Shown here: one piece after another, positions 15,406 to 28,434 of the stretch | How the letters are laid out: each line of letters opens with the position of its first letter | How positions within the stretch are numbered: the stretch's first letter is position 1 | Source: the human T2T-CHM13v2.0 reference genome, Homo sapiens | NCBI RefSeq assembly: GCF_009914755.1 | Contig: NC_060926.1 | Length of the DNA stretch: 64,000 bases | Strand: one strand, 5' to 3' | Program-made: the position numbers and the translations under genes | Notes under the pieces: model-generated | Databases searched by the model: none | What the model saw: only the letters and a program-made list of their open reading frames with translations | What the model was told of the DNA's origin: nothing

Positions 15406-15619
15406 AAATATATGGGTAAGATTAGATATCAAAGAGTAATAAATAGAGATTTTAAAAATGTCTGATTTTATAAGATTTCATTTTAAAAAGTATGCTATTT
15501 AAATATATATTTATATAAAAATGAAATCTTATATTTATATCAAATGCAATCTTATAAAATCAGACATTTTTTAAATCTCTGTTTATAACTGTTTGGTATC
15601 TAATCTTACCTATACATTT
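15406..15619. repeat. Inverted repeat with 78-bp arms
   Basis: 15406-15483 is the reverse complement of 15542-15619 with 8 mismatches by manual alignment. Confidence 0.9.
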
Positions 15620-17477
15620 ACATATATATACCTACATATATGTGTGGAATTTGTGATCTGAATAGCCCCTAAGCCAGCATTATAAAAAGCTTCTGCATTT
15701 CCTTTAGAAATGCCATGGTTATCACAGTCACTCAAGGGTGTCTCAACGCATTTCATTGCTCAGAATTGCAACAAAAGCAACTCTAACTCCGATAGGATTT
15801 TATCATGCTGAAGGATCTCAAGGCATTTTGAAAACATATTAAAAATAAGATGTGAGTCCAACTTGAAATGTTTGTAATTCATGAAAGGTTGATGAGCAGG
15901 TCTCAGCACCCACTCATGATCAGTGTTAAGTGCTTGCCTGTGGGGATTGTGGTATCGCCCTTAGATACCCAGGACAATCATGTCATACAAAACAGAGATG
16001 GCATGTGTCCTTGCCTGACAGATGCTGATAAAGTGGTGACAAGAATAACAAGTAACTAAAGAGATCATTATGCCAAAATCCTCTGTCTGAGACTACACAG
16101 AATGGCATAAATATCAGCTGTAGTGTTATACAATGTCTTCCCAAACCAGTAGAAACTGTCATGGCCTGCAGACAGAGATACAGCAGAATTAAAAGGCAGG
16201 ATATCAGACCATACCAAAAGAGAAGATGTGTAACTTGTAGAGGTGTTATGGGCTAATATATAGAAGCAAGATCAAAAGGACTAAGTATTAAATGCTAAAG
16301 AAGCTGCTAAAAGTAAGGAATAGAGATGCTGGCAGTTTTCAGCAGAGTTGACAGGAAATAAGATACAAGTGAAGAAATTTAATGATATGCCACAAATCCT
16401 ACACAACTGCTCGAGATGTGTCTTCCTGGATGGCTGGCTCAGGGCCTAATTCATAACAAACACTAAATAATCATGTACTGAATGAATAAAAGTAGGCTTT
16501 AAAGAGAGTATGTTGCAGTCATAGAATTTATAATTTCTATTCTTTCTTTATTTTTTTCCATTGGCTTATGGTTCTTCTCTCTCACTGGACCATGAAGAAG
16601 AAAAGAGATTATGTTGTAGTGGCTGTGTCTCAGTACAAAGACCAGTACCTTTTAGGCAGAGCAAAGCCAGAGGGTGTAGACGTCCATTGCTCCTTGGTAA
16701 TCAATGAGCGACATTTACTAAAGAGAAGTGAAGAGCTGTTGGATGACAAGGATAAGGATGGTGAGCATAGGCCCTGCCAGATGCTCAGATGGAGCTTGGG
16801 CAGACTACAAGTGCTGATTTACTTCTTCCATAGCTCTATGTATGGGTCACAGTGTTCACTTCATGGCCAACTAGGGGCCATGAGTGTCCTCTGCTGCCAA
16901 CACCAGATGTTACTCTCCATGAGATCTCTATGTGTATGACTATGCCATCCTGAGCTCTACTGATCTCTCTCCTTCTTTCTCATTTTGGTTTTCTCTTCCT
17001 CTCAATATTGGGAAAACCTTTTCTACTTTATAGTGCTAAGATGTTAATTTTTATCTCTGCAGATTTCCTAAGTCCACAGGCATCTTAGGGCCTTTTTATG
17101 AAACTAAAGCATATACTCTGTATTTCTGCATTACCATTTTTTTCCTCCATGCTATTGGATATTTCAGAATTTAGGTATTTTAAAGAGGATAGGAGAATCA
17201 GGGTAAACAGAAACTGGAACTTTTGGCTTCCTTTCTCTCACAGCTTTTCTCTCTCATGTGTCATCTTCTAGCCACACTCTCCTATGCTCATTTTCTGAAA
17301 TATATCTGTCCCCTTAGAGCTCAGTGCCTTCACACATTCTGTTCCCACCTCCTGTGCCTGTCTTCCTTCCTTCCACAAAGCTGACACTTCTCCTCAAGTC
17401 TCAGATGCAATGTCATTGTTTTAAAAACTCTTTCCTGATTACACAATTAAAAGTTGGTCACATCTTCCGTAACATTC

Positions 17478-17842
17478 TGATATGGTTTGGCTCTGAGTCC
17501 CCATCCAAATCTCAACTTGAATTGTAATCCCCATAATCCCCACATGTCAAGGTTGGAACCAGTTGGAGGTAACTAAATCATGGGGGTGGTTTCCCCCATG
17601 CTGTTCTCATGATAATGAGTGACTCTCATGAGATCTGATGGTTTTATAAGAGGTTTGGCATTTCCCCTGCTTGCACTCATTCTCTCTCCTGACACCCTGT
17701 GAAGAGGTGCCTTCTGCCATGATTGTAAGTTTCCTGAGGCCTCCCCAACCATGTAGAATTGTGAGTCAATTAAACCTCTTTTCTTTATAAATTACCCAGT
17801 CTCATGTATTTCTTCATGGCAGCATGAGAGCAGACTAATACA
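17478..17842 (+). mobile_element. THE1 (C/D) solo LTR
   Basis: TGATATGGTTTGGCTCTG...ctcatgagatctgatggttttataag...gactaataCA; 5-bp TSD cattc/cactc. Confidence 0.9.
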
Positions 17843-17984
17843 CACTCACATATTCTGTACAGTACAATTTGTTTTTCTTCTTATATAACAATTTATCAAA
17901 ATTTGCAATTGTATGAGTATGTTACTTACTAGCTTACCATACATTTTTTTCATTACCATAAATTTTGTAAGGGTGGGAATTAGG

Positions 17985-18615
17985 AGTTATTGAGGCAGGA
18001 AATTTAAAAAAAATAAAGTTTAAAAGAAAGAGAAGTAAGTTTTCCTGTATTAGGCTGACTTGTCCTAGAGGCAGCAACAGGCACAGCCTAGACCCAGGAA
18101 AAGTCTTGATAATATTATCTAATGTACCCTGGAGACTCTCCCAGCACTCCCTCTACAGAGGGAGAAGAAAAACAAATTTTCCTTTGTTTTATGGAATAAG
18201 TTTATAGATTCCTGTTCTCTATAACTAGTGACTTCAAGTATTCTGTTTTATCTACAAAGTGCAATTAAGGTCATAAGAAGCCTGAGTAGGCCTGAACTAC
18301 AGCTTCCTGGGCACCATAGTGAAAGTTATAGGATAAGCCCATGCCCAGGCAAACCTAGATAATGAACATCTGGGTTGCTTGGCAACAGTCACGTGCAATC
18401 CTGTCTTTGTCCTGCCTCTATATCCCTGCTTTCACGCCACTGTAAGCTTGCTTCAAACTAGCCCACCCCCTTTTGTGAAGTGTGTATAAAAGTCAAGTAC
18501 TGTCTTTGTTCTGGGCCTAGTGTTTTGGATGTGAGTCAGCTGGGCCTGAGTGCACTCAATAAAGATTCTCCTGTTTCAACCCGAGATCTCTCTCATCCTT
18601 CTAAATCCCACAACA
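17985..18615 (+). mobile_element. ERV1 solo LTR, LTR10 family (LTR10C-like)
   Basis: aagttttcctgtattaggctgacttgtcc...gtataaaagtcaag (TATA)...gtgagtcagctgggcctgagtgcactcaataaag (polyA signal)...cccacaaca terminus. Confidence 0.65.
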
Positions 18616-18729
18616 CTATGTTGTTTTATTTCAACACCTTATAATCTGAGCCTAGGACAAAGGGATGCTTAATAATTATTCGTCAAAGAAACGTGACAAA
18701 CATTAAGATATGCAATATCCACTCTCTCC

Positions 18730-19190
18730 TTTCTGTAACTAGCAGAACCCTAGCTTTTGGAGATTCTACTATTTTTTTTATGTGCCCAGTTACAATACTT
18801 CCTTCTCCCTTGTCTGAGGATAAGAGCACACAGTTTTGTGCAACTCAATTTAAGTCAAATTATACTGGGAAGGGTCAGACTCAGTCTTTCGTTTTTTGTG
18901 TTTTCTTTTATTTATTTATTTTTGCCTACTCTGTGTTGGCTGGAATTTGAGTATGATGTATCTAAGAGAAGAAGCCATCACAAAAGCATTGGTGAAAAAG
19001 CCACATGCTAAGGATAATGTAACAGAAAGGTAGAAGGGCTGAGTCCTTACTGGCTTCTTTAAACCCTCACCCAAAGCATGGGCTCTACCACTGGAGTTCT
19101 TCACCTGTGAGGAAAATCAGTCTTATTTTGGTTAAGCTAGTAGAGTCAGGCTTCTATTAAGTGCAATCCCAATTCAAAATGTGATTTTAG
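18730..19190 (+). mobile_element. MLT1 (I/J-like) LTR
   Basis: agcagaaccc...gtgcccagtta...aagccacatgctaaggat...ttaagctagtagagtcaggcttctatt. Confidence 0.55.
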
Positions 19191-19742
19191 GTAAGTCATT
19201 TCATATGCTAACTTATCCAGATTCTAATTTAATCACTTTGCCATTGCATAAGATAATTTCTAAGATCACTAGTTCTATCACAGGTTTTCCTTTAAAATAA
19301 AAACACTATTATCTAAACTAAATTTTAATTATTCCTCTCATTTTGAAAACCAATGAGCTATATGAATTTTTAAATAACTACTATGTATAAGACAATATAG
19401 CAGATGGCTTGATTAATGATATTTCCTTTTTAAATGTACATGTTGTACATTTTCTCTATTTTCTACTTTTTCTCTGATTTTTTTTTAAAGTTTCAACACA
19501 TCATTAATTTAAATGTTTGTAATTAAGAATTCATGAGAAGACTGAAAGGGTCAGTTTTCAGATTTAATTGTATGGAATCAAATATTATTTTCTTCAGCAA
19601 ATTATACTGAAGACTAGCTTGTGGTAGGGCAGAGATGTGTAATTTAAAGCAGTGATTTCAAAATCTTGCTTTATAAACCAGTGTTACACAAGCTACATGA
19701 AATCACTTGGGAGTGTTTACAATCCAATATCAAACTCCTATG

Positions 19743-20365
19743 TGTAGTAAAGAATTTAACTTTGCCCAAAAAGAGGTCTGGCCTTTGCCCTTGACTTCTT
19801 GGAGGTAACATCTAAGTCCTTGGAATGTCATACATGATAAGATCCTTTCTTTGTCTGTGAGCCTAATAATGTGATTTAGGATGGGACTAAAAACCATACC
19901 ATGAATGTGGTTTGAGTTACAAGGTGTTAGCTTGATCTCCTGAGAGGCTGGAAAAAGAGATCAGCTGATGGACAATCAACCATGCCTAAATGATGGAGCA
20001 CCAATAAAGATGCCTGCCACCAAGGTTCAGCTGAACTTCCCTGATTGACAATATCCTATGTATGTTCTCACACATTATTGTTGGCAATAATTAATGCTGT
20101 CTATAATTCCATGGGGAGAGAACATCTGAATGCTCCATGTTGCATCACTTCTGGGCTGTACCCATGTGTCTCTTCCCTTGGCTGATTTTAATCTGTATCC
20201 TTTCTCTGTGATAAACCATAGCTGTGAATAAAACAAATTTCATTGAGTTCTGTGAGTTCTGCTAGTGAATTATCAAAACCAAGGGTCATTTGGGTAATTT
20301 CCTGAACTTGTAGTTGGTGTTATAAGGGAAGGTACATTATGTGGGCCCTGTTCCTAACTTTGTGG
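19743..20365 (+). mobile_element. MER21-type (MER21C-like) ERVL LTR
   Basis: tgtagtaaagaatttaactttgcccaaaaagaggtctggcctttgccc...caatcaaccatgcctaa...gagttctgtgagttctgctagtgaattatcaaa. Confidence 0.75.
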
Positions 20366-21149
20366 TTGCCCAACTATTGCAGCCCAGATACCCGAATTCT
20401 GTAGCTATGGGATGTTTATAGATACCTTGATTTGGAAACTGTATTAAGAAATCAGTTGTGTTTAGCAATTGGGAAAGAACCATTTCTATATTAATAATTT
20501 GCACCATACGTATTAACAATAAGCATTTATTTAATTTATATGTGTACTGTGCCTGTGTGTTTGTGCATGTATAAGTAGTTTTGTGGGTAATCACAATTAA
20601 TTCTGTAATTAAGCCAGGTCAATTGCATTCTTCTTAGAAAAGTATTTCTTTTGATTAAATAAAGTTATTGTAAGTACTTGACTACATAAAACATAATTTT
20701 CCTTGGAAAATTATACATAGAAAAGATAAATTTAGTTAATGGATCTGAATTAAAATTATATGATTTAACAGCTGCATATCTTAGTAAAATAGTGTTTTAG
20801 ACAGGCAAAGTGTTAAATTTAAATCACATGCAAATGCTTTTTAAGATATTTAAAAATCTTTGTTTCTTCTCTAAAAATTCTTTTACATTTCTCAAAGACT
20901 GGCTACATTATCAAAGTGCTCTGGGGACACATACTTTGCCATTTTTGTTTTATTTCTGCAGTGAATTAAAACACAGCCTGTACAATCAAACTCATGGCCC
21001 AGTCTTGTCATCCAAGCTTATTGTCTAATTCCTTCAGTAGGAAAGTAAAACAGCTAGGGACCATGGCTTCAAAGATTTTTGTTACGTCAACAGTGTAAAT
21101 TAAATGAAATAATTTCCTTGCCTAAGAAGGGGAAAATTATTCAAACTAC

Positions 21150-21590
21150 ATTTCATGTTTGCCTATTTTCTTCCTGTTGCTTATGCCAATAGGGGACACA
21201 AGAGGCGATTTCAAGAAACACTAATAGGATTGTGAGAAAGTTGGCCAAGGAAGAGGAACAGCCAATAAACGGTGACTTGTCAAGACAGTTAGGACCCTGG
21301 GAGCTAAATCTGCCTGGAGAACTCTGGAAATCAGTGTGGAACACATACTTCAGCATCATCTCAGCTAATGGACAAGTAAGGTGAGATATTTATACCCTAA
21401 TTCTTATCAGTCATCAGTTGGTGGATATTGCAAAGGAGCATTAATTTTGCAACCTTTCTGGCCAGCTGTGCTGGTAGGCAGAAAGATTTCTAGCCTCCAG
21501 AGAAATCCCTCAAACAAATGGCAGCTGAACTCACCATATACTACGATAGTAGGATGTGAAGGTACAGGAATTTGCAAAAACAGTGTTTAC
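21150..21590 (-). mobile_element. LTR16-like ERVL LTR
   Basis: gaactctggaaatcagtgtggaacacatacttcag...gatatttataccctaattcttatcagtcatcagttg. Confidence 0.55.
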
Positions 21591-21899
21591 TATATGAGTT
21601 GATACAAACTTGGCACCAGAAATGGTTGTAAGAAGCAGTCGCAAAAAGATGCAGGCCAAATCTAAATGAGAATCATGCCTAAAGATAATTTTGCTGGTTG
21701 TAGAATTGCAATGGAAGTTGAATTCACTACTTTGCCATGCTTCTTATGTAAAAATAAGGGCATATTTTAGCAAAGAGTGAGATTCAAAAACACTTAGAAT
21801 AGAGACATCTGTGTGTATTCAAAGTTGGGAATCTTGAATCCATAACTCTCTCTGAGATATCATTCCCAGCATAGCAGCTTGTACCCTCAAATCTGAGGA

Positions 21900-23165
21900 C
21901 ATCCTAATTTAATGACCATGTAATAACATCATTAAAGTAAGCTGGATTACAAAGGGATTTCTATCTTCTCAGGACCCACTCCAACCACTTTTTAGTCCTT
22001 CTATTAATGAGATGCTAGAGTAACAGGGGCTAATTGCCAGCACTGAAGGTCCAGATCAGGTGGGTTTGATTACTTTAATAGGCTGCAAGAGTGAGGATAT
22101 TTTGACCTACATAGTTCTTTGCAATGCTTAATTGATCATGGTGTTCCTAAAACTAAAACACATGAACTATCTACTGGGCAAAAAAGGTTAACTCAGCAGA
22201 CCTCAGTTGCTCAAACACTGCACATTCCAAACAAGGCCTATTTTAGGATTGGTCCTTGACTGGTTCCTGGGAGATAATCTCTGAGCCCTTGGAATATTCT
22301 GCCTGACAAGAGTGTTTTTGTATGCCTGAAGCCTTGGGTCTTGTTGTACGGATTGGAACAAATGAGTTTATTCTAACAATATGATTTATGGCAAATGCCT
22401 ATGTTTGCTCTGAGGGTAAGGGTGAAGTTTGAGCAGCTGAGGTCAGTTATGTGGGAGCTGTATATCCATGTGACTTGCCCCAGTAAAACCCCAGAACACT
22501 AAGGATCCGGTGAGGTCCCCTGGTTGGCAACACTTTACACATGCTGTCACACATTATTGCTGGGAAAACTAAGCACCCCCTTTGAGACTCCACTGAGAAG
22601 GAAACACCTGGAACTTGCTCTTGGTTTCTCCTAGACTTCACCCTCTCCATGGCTTCAGATTGCTCTTTTTGATCTTTGTCTTTTCTCTGTAACAAACCAT
22701 AACCATGAATATAACAGCTTTTGGGAGTCCTGTGCATCCTTTCAGTGAATCATTGAGCCTGAGGGAGGTCTTGAGAACCTCTGACACACCCGCTAAAATA
22801 TCACTTCATCTACATAAAAGAGAAAACTCTAGGTCCATTCTCTAGAAACCTGACCCGAATCAACATAAAGGGCAGCTATGGCTTCTCCCCCAGCTTTCTG
22901 ACTGAAGCCCATGTTTTGACTGGAGCACCTTGATTAAACAGAAGACCCTCTGAGGAAACACCACAGACAAAAGTGTACATGGTAAATATTCCTCCAAGAT
23001 TTCCCAAAGGATCATATGGCTGTTTTCCATCATGATAGAAAGGTAAATATGCAGACTGTTTATGGCTTACTAGACCGTGGCTTTGAAATGATGCTAATTT
23101 TTAGGAAACTAAAATGTAATTGTGATCCACCAGTCAAAGTAGGAGCTTAAAGTTGCAGGGGAGAA
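21900..23165 (+). mobile_element. ERVL internal (gag-pro) fragment, interrupted by a MER77-like LTR
   Basis: ttgatcatggtgttcctaaaac...; 23064-23150 translates GLLDRGFEMMLIFRKLKCNCDPPVKVGA*, matching the ERV-L protease pattern GLLDTGSELTLIPGDPK.HCGPPVKVGA as recalled. Confidence 0.7.
22175..22788 (+). mobile_element. MER77/MER68-like ERVL LTR
   Basis: TGggcaaaaaaggttaactcagcag...ctgggagataatctctgagcccttggaatattctgcctga...gggaggtcttgagaacctctgacaCA. Confidence 0.7.
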
Positions 23166-24791
23166 AGCGAAATAAAGCAAATGTCCCCACACATGTAAAA
23201 AAAGATTATTTTGTAGTTGAGGCATACATACACAAGTCTCTATTTTTGATTCATCATTATTTATTCTATTTGAAATAAAATCTTTATTAATTTTAGTGAG
23301 GAAAAAATAGTATGTTGAATATCACAAGAGAGTTTGTTTATCAGAATCTCCTCCTATACAATGGTTATAAGTTGTAGCTATAAATCACTAAGACCATATT
23401 GGTTTAACATACATACCATAACTTTTAATAAATTTAAATCCCTTACATCCTCAGGTGCTCATCTTAAAAGGCAATACGTTAATTCAAGCAAATCACTTCC
23501 CTCATTCAATTTGTGGATAATCTATGGGATTGTTTTAGCTTATTTTCTTAGGAGGGACTGCATTATGTTCACTTATGTTACTGTTATCATTTGAAAGTTG
23601 ATCTTATTTTCTAGAAAGGACAAACAAGCATTTATAGGCAAATATAGCCAATAAGCAGCTATTAACTGGGAACAGCAGTTTGGTTAACAAAAGGAAAGGT
23701 CTATTAGGAGTCAAAAGTGCATGAGAGTGTTTGCATGTAAAAGAAGTCAATCAACCAGTCGTAAATATTGTCTTCAAAACGTCTGCATTAAGTTATTTTT
23801 TTCTGACCAACCTTGTGGGCTGGGATTCCACAGTAAGGTCAGGAATGTCAGAGAGAAAAATCATTACTATCTTCACATGTTCTGACATGTAGATATTCTC
23901 AGGCCTCCCAGGGCCTGTGTGGTTTTCACCAGCAAGCTGTGATGTTTTCTCTCTAGGTCATTCTAGAAGCACCATATTTTATGACTGGTTGCTACCTTTT
24001 CATAAATACTGTTTTTTTTTCAAATCCTGTGGAAAAATCAGAATAAATGTCAAACTTGCTGTGTGTCTTTGTCATTCAAAATAAATAGCATGATATGGTT
24101 TTTCACATCAAAGTTATTTTTTTCAAAAATATTGCTTTATCTGATTTTTTTATCTTTGAATATCATACACATGGTAAATTGTCTACTGAATGAACTAAAT
24201 CTCTGAAATTTTTATTTTATCACATATTGGGAAGTTGTCTACCTATGCCATGTACCATAATTGATATCTTTCCTCTCTTTTTACGTGTTTGGAGCCAATT
24301 CAGATACATAGTCTCTTGACATAATTCTCATTGCTAAATCTATGGACAGATTTGCTTAACTTCACATAAAAAATTATATTCAGATTTTGCTCTTTGTAAT
24401 TGTTGTTCATTTTTATACGAACACTGAACACTACCCACATATAGTCCCACATCTGTTCAGAACAGAAAAAAAAGACCAAACACCTATCAAAGGCTCTGCT
24501 TTTGCTCTTTGAATCCCATTGTAAAAACTCTTGTTCAAAATACCTTTATTCTACTTTTTAAGATCCAAAACCCCAAACAGAAAACCTTTCCTTATCCTAT
24601 AGTTAACTGTCTTTACTTAATATATAAAATTAAAGAACCTCCATTTGTGATAAAGGAAGGCCTCACTTCAAATAATCCAACCTTCTGAGGTATCAGGTGT
24701 AAACAGCGAAGTGTCATTCTTTATGAGTCAGAGAGACTGTAATCTCTGTTTTAAGAAAATTTAATGTGTTATCTACCTAAGAATTAATCTA

Positions 24792-25140
<349 letters not shown>

Positions 25141-25639
25141 TCACCACATCTTTAATTTTCATCCTGTATAATTTTCTCTTTATTCTGTACATTTTTTACT
25201 CTAAATTCCATAGAGCATGCACTCATTTTATTTCCTGAGATATCTTCTGAATGTCATTTTTCAGCAAACAAGAAAATAATTAAAAAGTAAACAAATAACA
25301 ATACAAACTCGTGACAGACCTGCTGGCATTGATACTCCAAGTTTCCCTGGGTCTGTTACTCATCCCTACAGACCCAGGAGAAAATAAACTCCTGTTTCAC
25401 CGGCCCTTCAAGTCAACTTGCCGAACCCCATTCCAAGCTACAGTTAGAACAACAGCCTTCAGTAAGCAATCACCTCTAAAGTCAGCATGACTTTCAGATT
25501 CCTTCTCCTTCCTTGCTCATCTCTACAGTTTCTCTGCTCATTCATCAGTTATAACCATTAACTTTACTTCATGCTTAACAGGGTAAACAAATAATCAGAT
25601 TGAAATTATCATCAATTTCAACTTCCAGATGCATAAAAC

Positions 25640-25850
25640 TATCAGATTCTAAGCCCCTCAGTTCCTCTTTCTGTCATTGCAATAAATGAACATCCTTTGT
25701 CTTATGTAAGCTCTCCATCTGTGCTCTAGACTGAGAGATCTAGACACCCCCACAAAACTTCTCAAGGATTAGACCATCTCTCTCCTCCAGCATCATCCTA
25801 TCTCCTCCACTAGTGTTTCGTATCCTCTATTACTACTTCAGCATGTGGCA
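25640..25850 (+). mobile_element. L2 internal fragment
   Basis: ctccatctgtgctctaga...cttctcaagga...ctctctcctccagcatcatc...ctccactag. Confidence 0.4.
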
Positions 25851-25916
25851 CCATTGTCTCTTTTTATCTCTTTTCTCTTATTATCTCTTTTACTTGCCTC
25901 CATTCTTTTCTCTCTA

Positions 25917-26020
25917 GGGAAAAAAGAAGGAAGGGGCAGAGGGAGGAAAAAAAGAAGGAAAGAAGAAGTAGGAGGGACTAGAAAAGAAGGGAGAAAAGAG
26001 AAGAAAAGAAAAAGAAAAAG
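25917..26020. repeat. GA-rich purine tract
   Basis: Roughly 100 bp of A/G low-complexity sequence. Confidence 0.8.
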
Positions 26021-26129
26021 TCTCAAGTTTACTTATCCGTGGTCTCATCTTGGTTCTCTCAATTCCTTCACCTAGACAAAAACAAACTTCTTGGCAGAAT
26101 CCCTGTCTTTATTTTCCAGTCTTCTGTGT

Positions 26130-26325
26130 CATGTAGGATGTTTTTCATTGCACATCACGGAATACCCAGTATAGATGATTGGGTTAAAAATAGCCCTTAT
26201 GGGCTAAAGCCATAAAGGTCTTACATCTCATGTAATATATAAGACATGCAAAGACAGGGCTATGTTGATGGGTTAATTCAACTACTTGGCAGTTTGATTA
26301 AGGGCTCAGGCCATTCCATCTTGAC
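26130..26325 (-). mobile_element. MLT1K-like LTR fragment
   Basis: ggatgtttttcattgca...atctcatgtaa...ggttaattcaactac...aagggctcaggccattccatctt. Confidence 0.4.
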
Positions 26326-26569
26326 ATTTTACATATATATATATGTAAAATATATATACATATATATGTAAATATATTTTATATATATGTATATACATAT
26401 ACATATATATTTTACATATATACATATACATATATATTTTACATATATATACATATACATATATATTTTACATATATATATACATATACATATATATTTT
26501 ACATATATATATGTAAAATGTCAAGATGGAATTGCCTGAGCCCTTAATCAAACTGCCAAGTAGTTGAAT
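26276..26569. repeat. Inverted duplication enclosing an AT-rich minisatellite
   Basis: attcaactacttggcagtttgattaagggctcaggccattccatcttgacattttacat from 26276 and its reverse complement ending at 26569, with 1 mismatch. Confidence 0.95.
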
Positions 26570-26644
26570 ATATACATATATATGTAATATATATATATGT
26601 GTCTGTATATATATATATATTCTTATATATATCATGTTATGTGG

Positions 26645-26879
26645 ACATCACCCCGTAACTGATGTCCTTGTAAGAAACCCACCAGGACTGGATACACAGT
26701 GGGGCAACCACATGGAAAGGCAGTGAAAGGATGCCATCTGCAATCCAAGGAAATAGGACTCAGAAGAAAAGAGTCCTTCTGGCACTTAGATCTTGGACTT
26801 CCTGTCTCTAGAACTATGAGAAAATTAATTGCTCTTGTTTAAGCCACCAAGTCTGTGGTAGCCTTAGCAAACTGATACA
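26645..26879 (+). mobile_element. MLT1A/B LTR 3' half
   Basis: aactgatgtccttgtaaga...gccatctgcaatccaagg...gatcttggacttcctgtctctagaactatgag...tgtttaagccacc...agcaaactgataca. Confidence 0.75.
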
Positions 26880-26959
26880 TCCAAGTTGTGTTTTTAAGGA
26901 ATGAGGGCACTTTTGAGAACACAGTACAAGTTTTGTAACAGGGTTCTTCTTAGAGAAGA

Positions 26960-27175
26960 GTGTACTGGGCCTCCCATTTTTTTGCATCTGGCTGCACTGT
27001 TTACTTATTGTCTTCAGGGAAAATTTCTAAACCCCCTTGTTGAGAGTAGTCATCTACATGGAGATAATAATAGCATCCCTACTGGATTGGTGAAATGATG
27101 ATAAAATGAAACAAGGTTTATACATTTCTTAACACAGTGTCTGCTTATACTAAGTTCTGCATAAAAGTTATATAC
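26960..27175 (+). mobile_element. MIR
   Basis: catctacatggagataataatagc...aacacagtgtctgc...aagttctgcataaaagtta. Confidence 0.55.
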
Positions 27176-27340
27176 TTAATTTGCAATAACTTTCAACATA
27201 ATAGAATTGATTCTCTCAGAAGTTTTTCTTTCCTTGAACAGTGATCAAGCTTTGTGAAATTTCATGCAAAAATACACAGATACCGTAGTTCTGTTTTAGA
27301 ATTCTTTAATGTCAATCCTTTTTTTTTTTTTTTTTTGCAG

Positions 27341-27631
27341 AAAACATTTGTTAGGGGTTGCATGATATAAAGGTAGTTAATACCACTGAATTGTACACTC
27401 ATAAATGGTTAAAATGGTTAAAATGGCAATTTGGTTTTATATATGCGTATATATTTATACAGCTTTTTGTTTTATATAAGTATATATAAAACAGAATACA
27501 TATGCACATATGTGGTATATACACACACATGTATAAACACAAGATAAAAAATAATAATGCAACATACCAAAAATCATTGAATATTATATTTTAAAACGAT
27601 GAATTGTACAGTATATCAGGAGTGATATTTA
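27341..27631 (+). repeat. Inverted copy of the L1MB4/MER81 junction at 29833-30132
   Basis: Shares the L1MB 3' end, the same inserted TA/CA tract and the terminal caggagtgatattta with the minus-strand copy. Confidence 0.75.
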
Positions 27632-28434
27632 TTTGATTAAGGATATTTTATAGATATTCTCAATAAGATAAATGCCATTTAGGTTAGCTTCAATTAATTT
27701 GTTTATAAACTATTTTTTTACAGCAAGAAGAAAATATAAAATAAGCTTTCAGCAATTTAAAATGCAGCAGAAGGAGTTACATGCCATTTTCCAGAAAAAA
27801 ATATCAACCTGTAGCAGATTTGCAATCTGAACCTGAGGTTAGTGCTTAACAGTGGTTGTTGGAATTGGAAATACCACCTGCTTCCATTTCTGCAGTCACT
27901 TGAGAGAAAGCAAATACAAAGCATGGTACCAAATAGAGTTGAGGGCATTGAAGTGGCAATCAAACACACTGCAGAAACAAATGGAAGAGAGTGATACCAC
28001 AGACTCAGGGAGGATGCAGTTCATCCATCACATAACCAGCCAAAATTGCTATTTGTTCTTTTCCAACTTGTGAAAAGATGAGACTCACTTCTCTGTCTTC
28101 ACATGGAGAAGCAACTCAGGTCATTTAAAACCCCCAAATACACCACATGTTTCAATATAACCTTACATCAAACATTTAAAAAAAATGAAGAAAGTAATTG
28201 GAACTAAAACACTAATTAAAATAACTTACTGGATCAATACAAATATTTGAGGTTTCTCAATCATTTTTTGCATATTAAGTACTTACTAATTTTATATTCT
28301 GTTTAATTTTATATCCTAGTTTAGATATCCTAGGATTTACTTATTATTATTCTGAAAGTATGGGAGAATTTGAAAAGAATTTTAATTATTCAAATACTTA
28401 TTTTTGTAATTTATTGTATCAGTCACTTCTTACA

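Larger units (their letters stand above)
17260..18690 (+). mobile_element. L2 3' region split by THE1 and LTR10 insertions
   Basis: ctagccacact...tcctcaagtctcagatgcaatgtca...; gtaagggtggga...ctatgttgtttt...tgcttaataattattcgt resemble the L2a 3' end. Confidence 0.45.

Noticed and set aside
16568-16939. 123-aa ATG-initiated ORF outside an obvious repeat
   Set aside because: No recognisable homology, promoter or retrocopy hallmarks; cannot be supported without conservation data.
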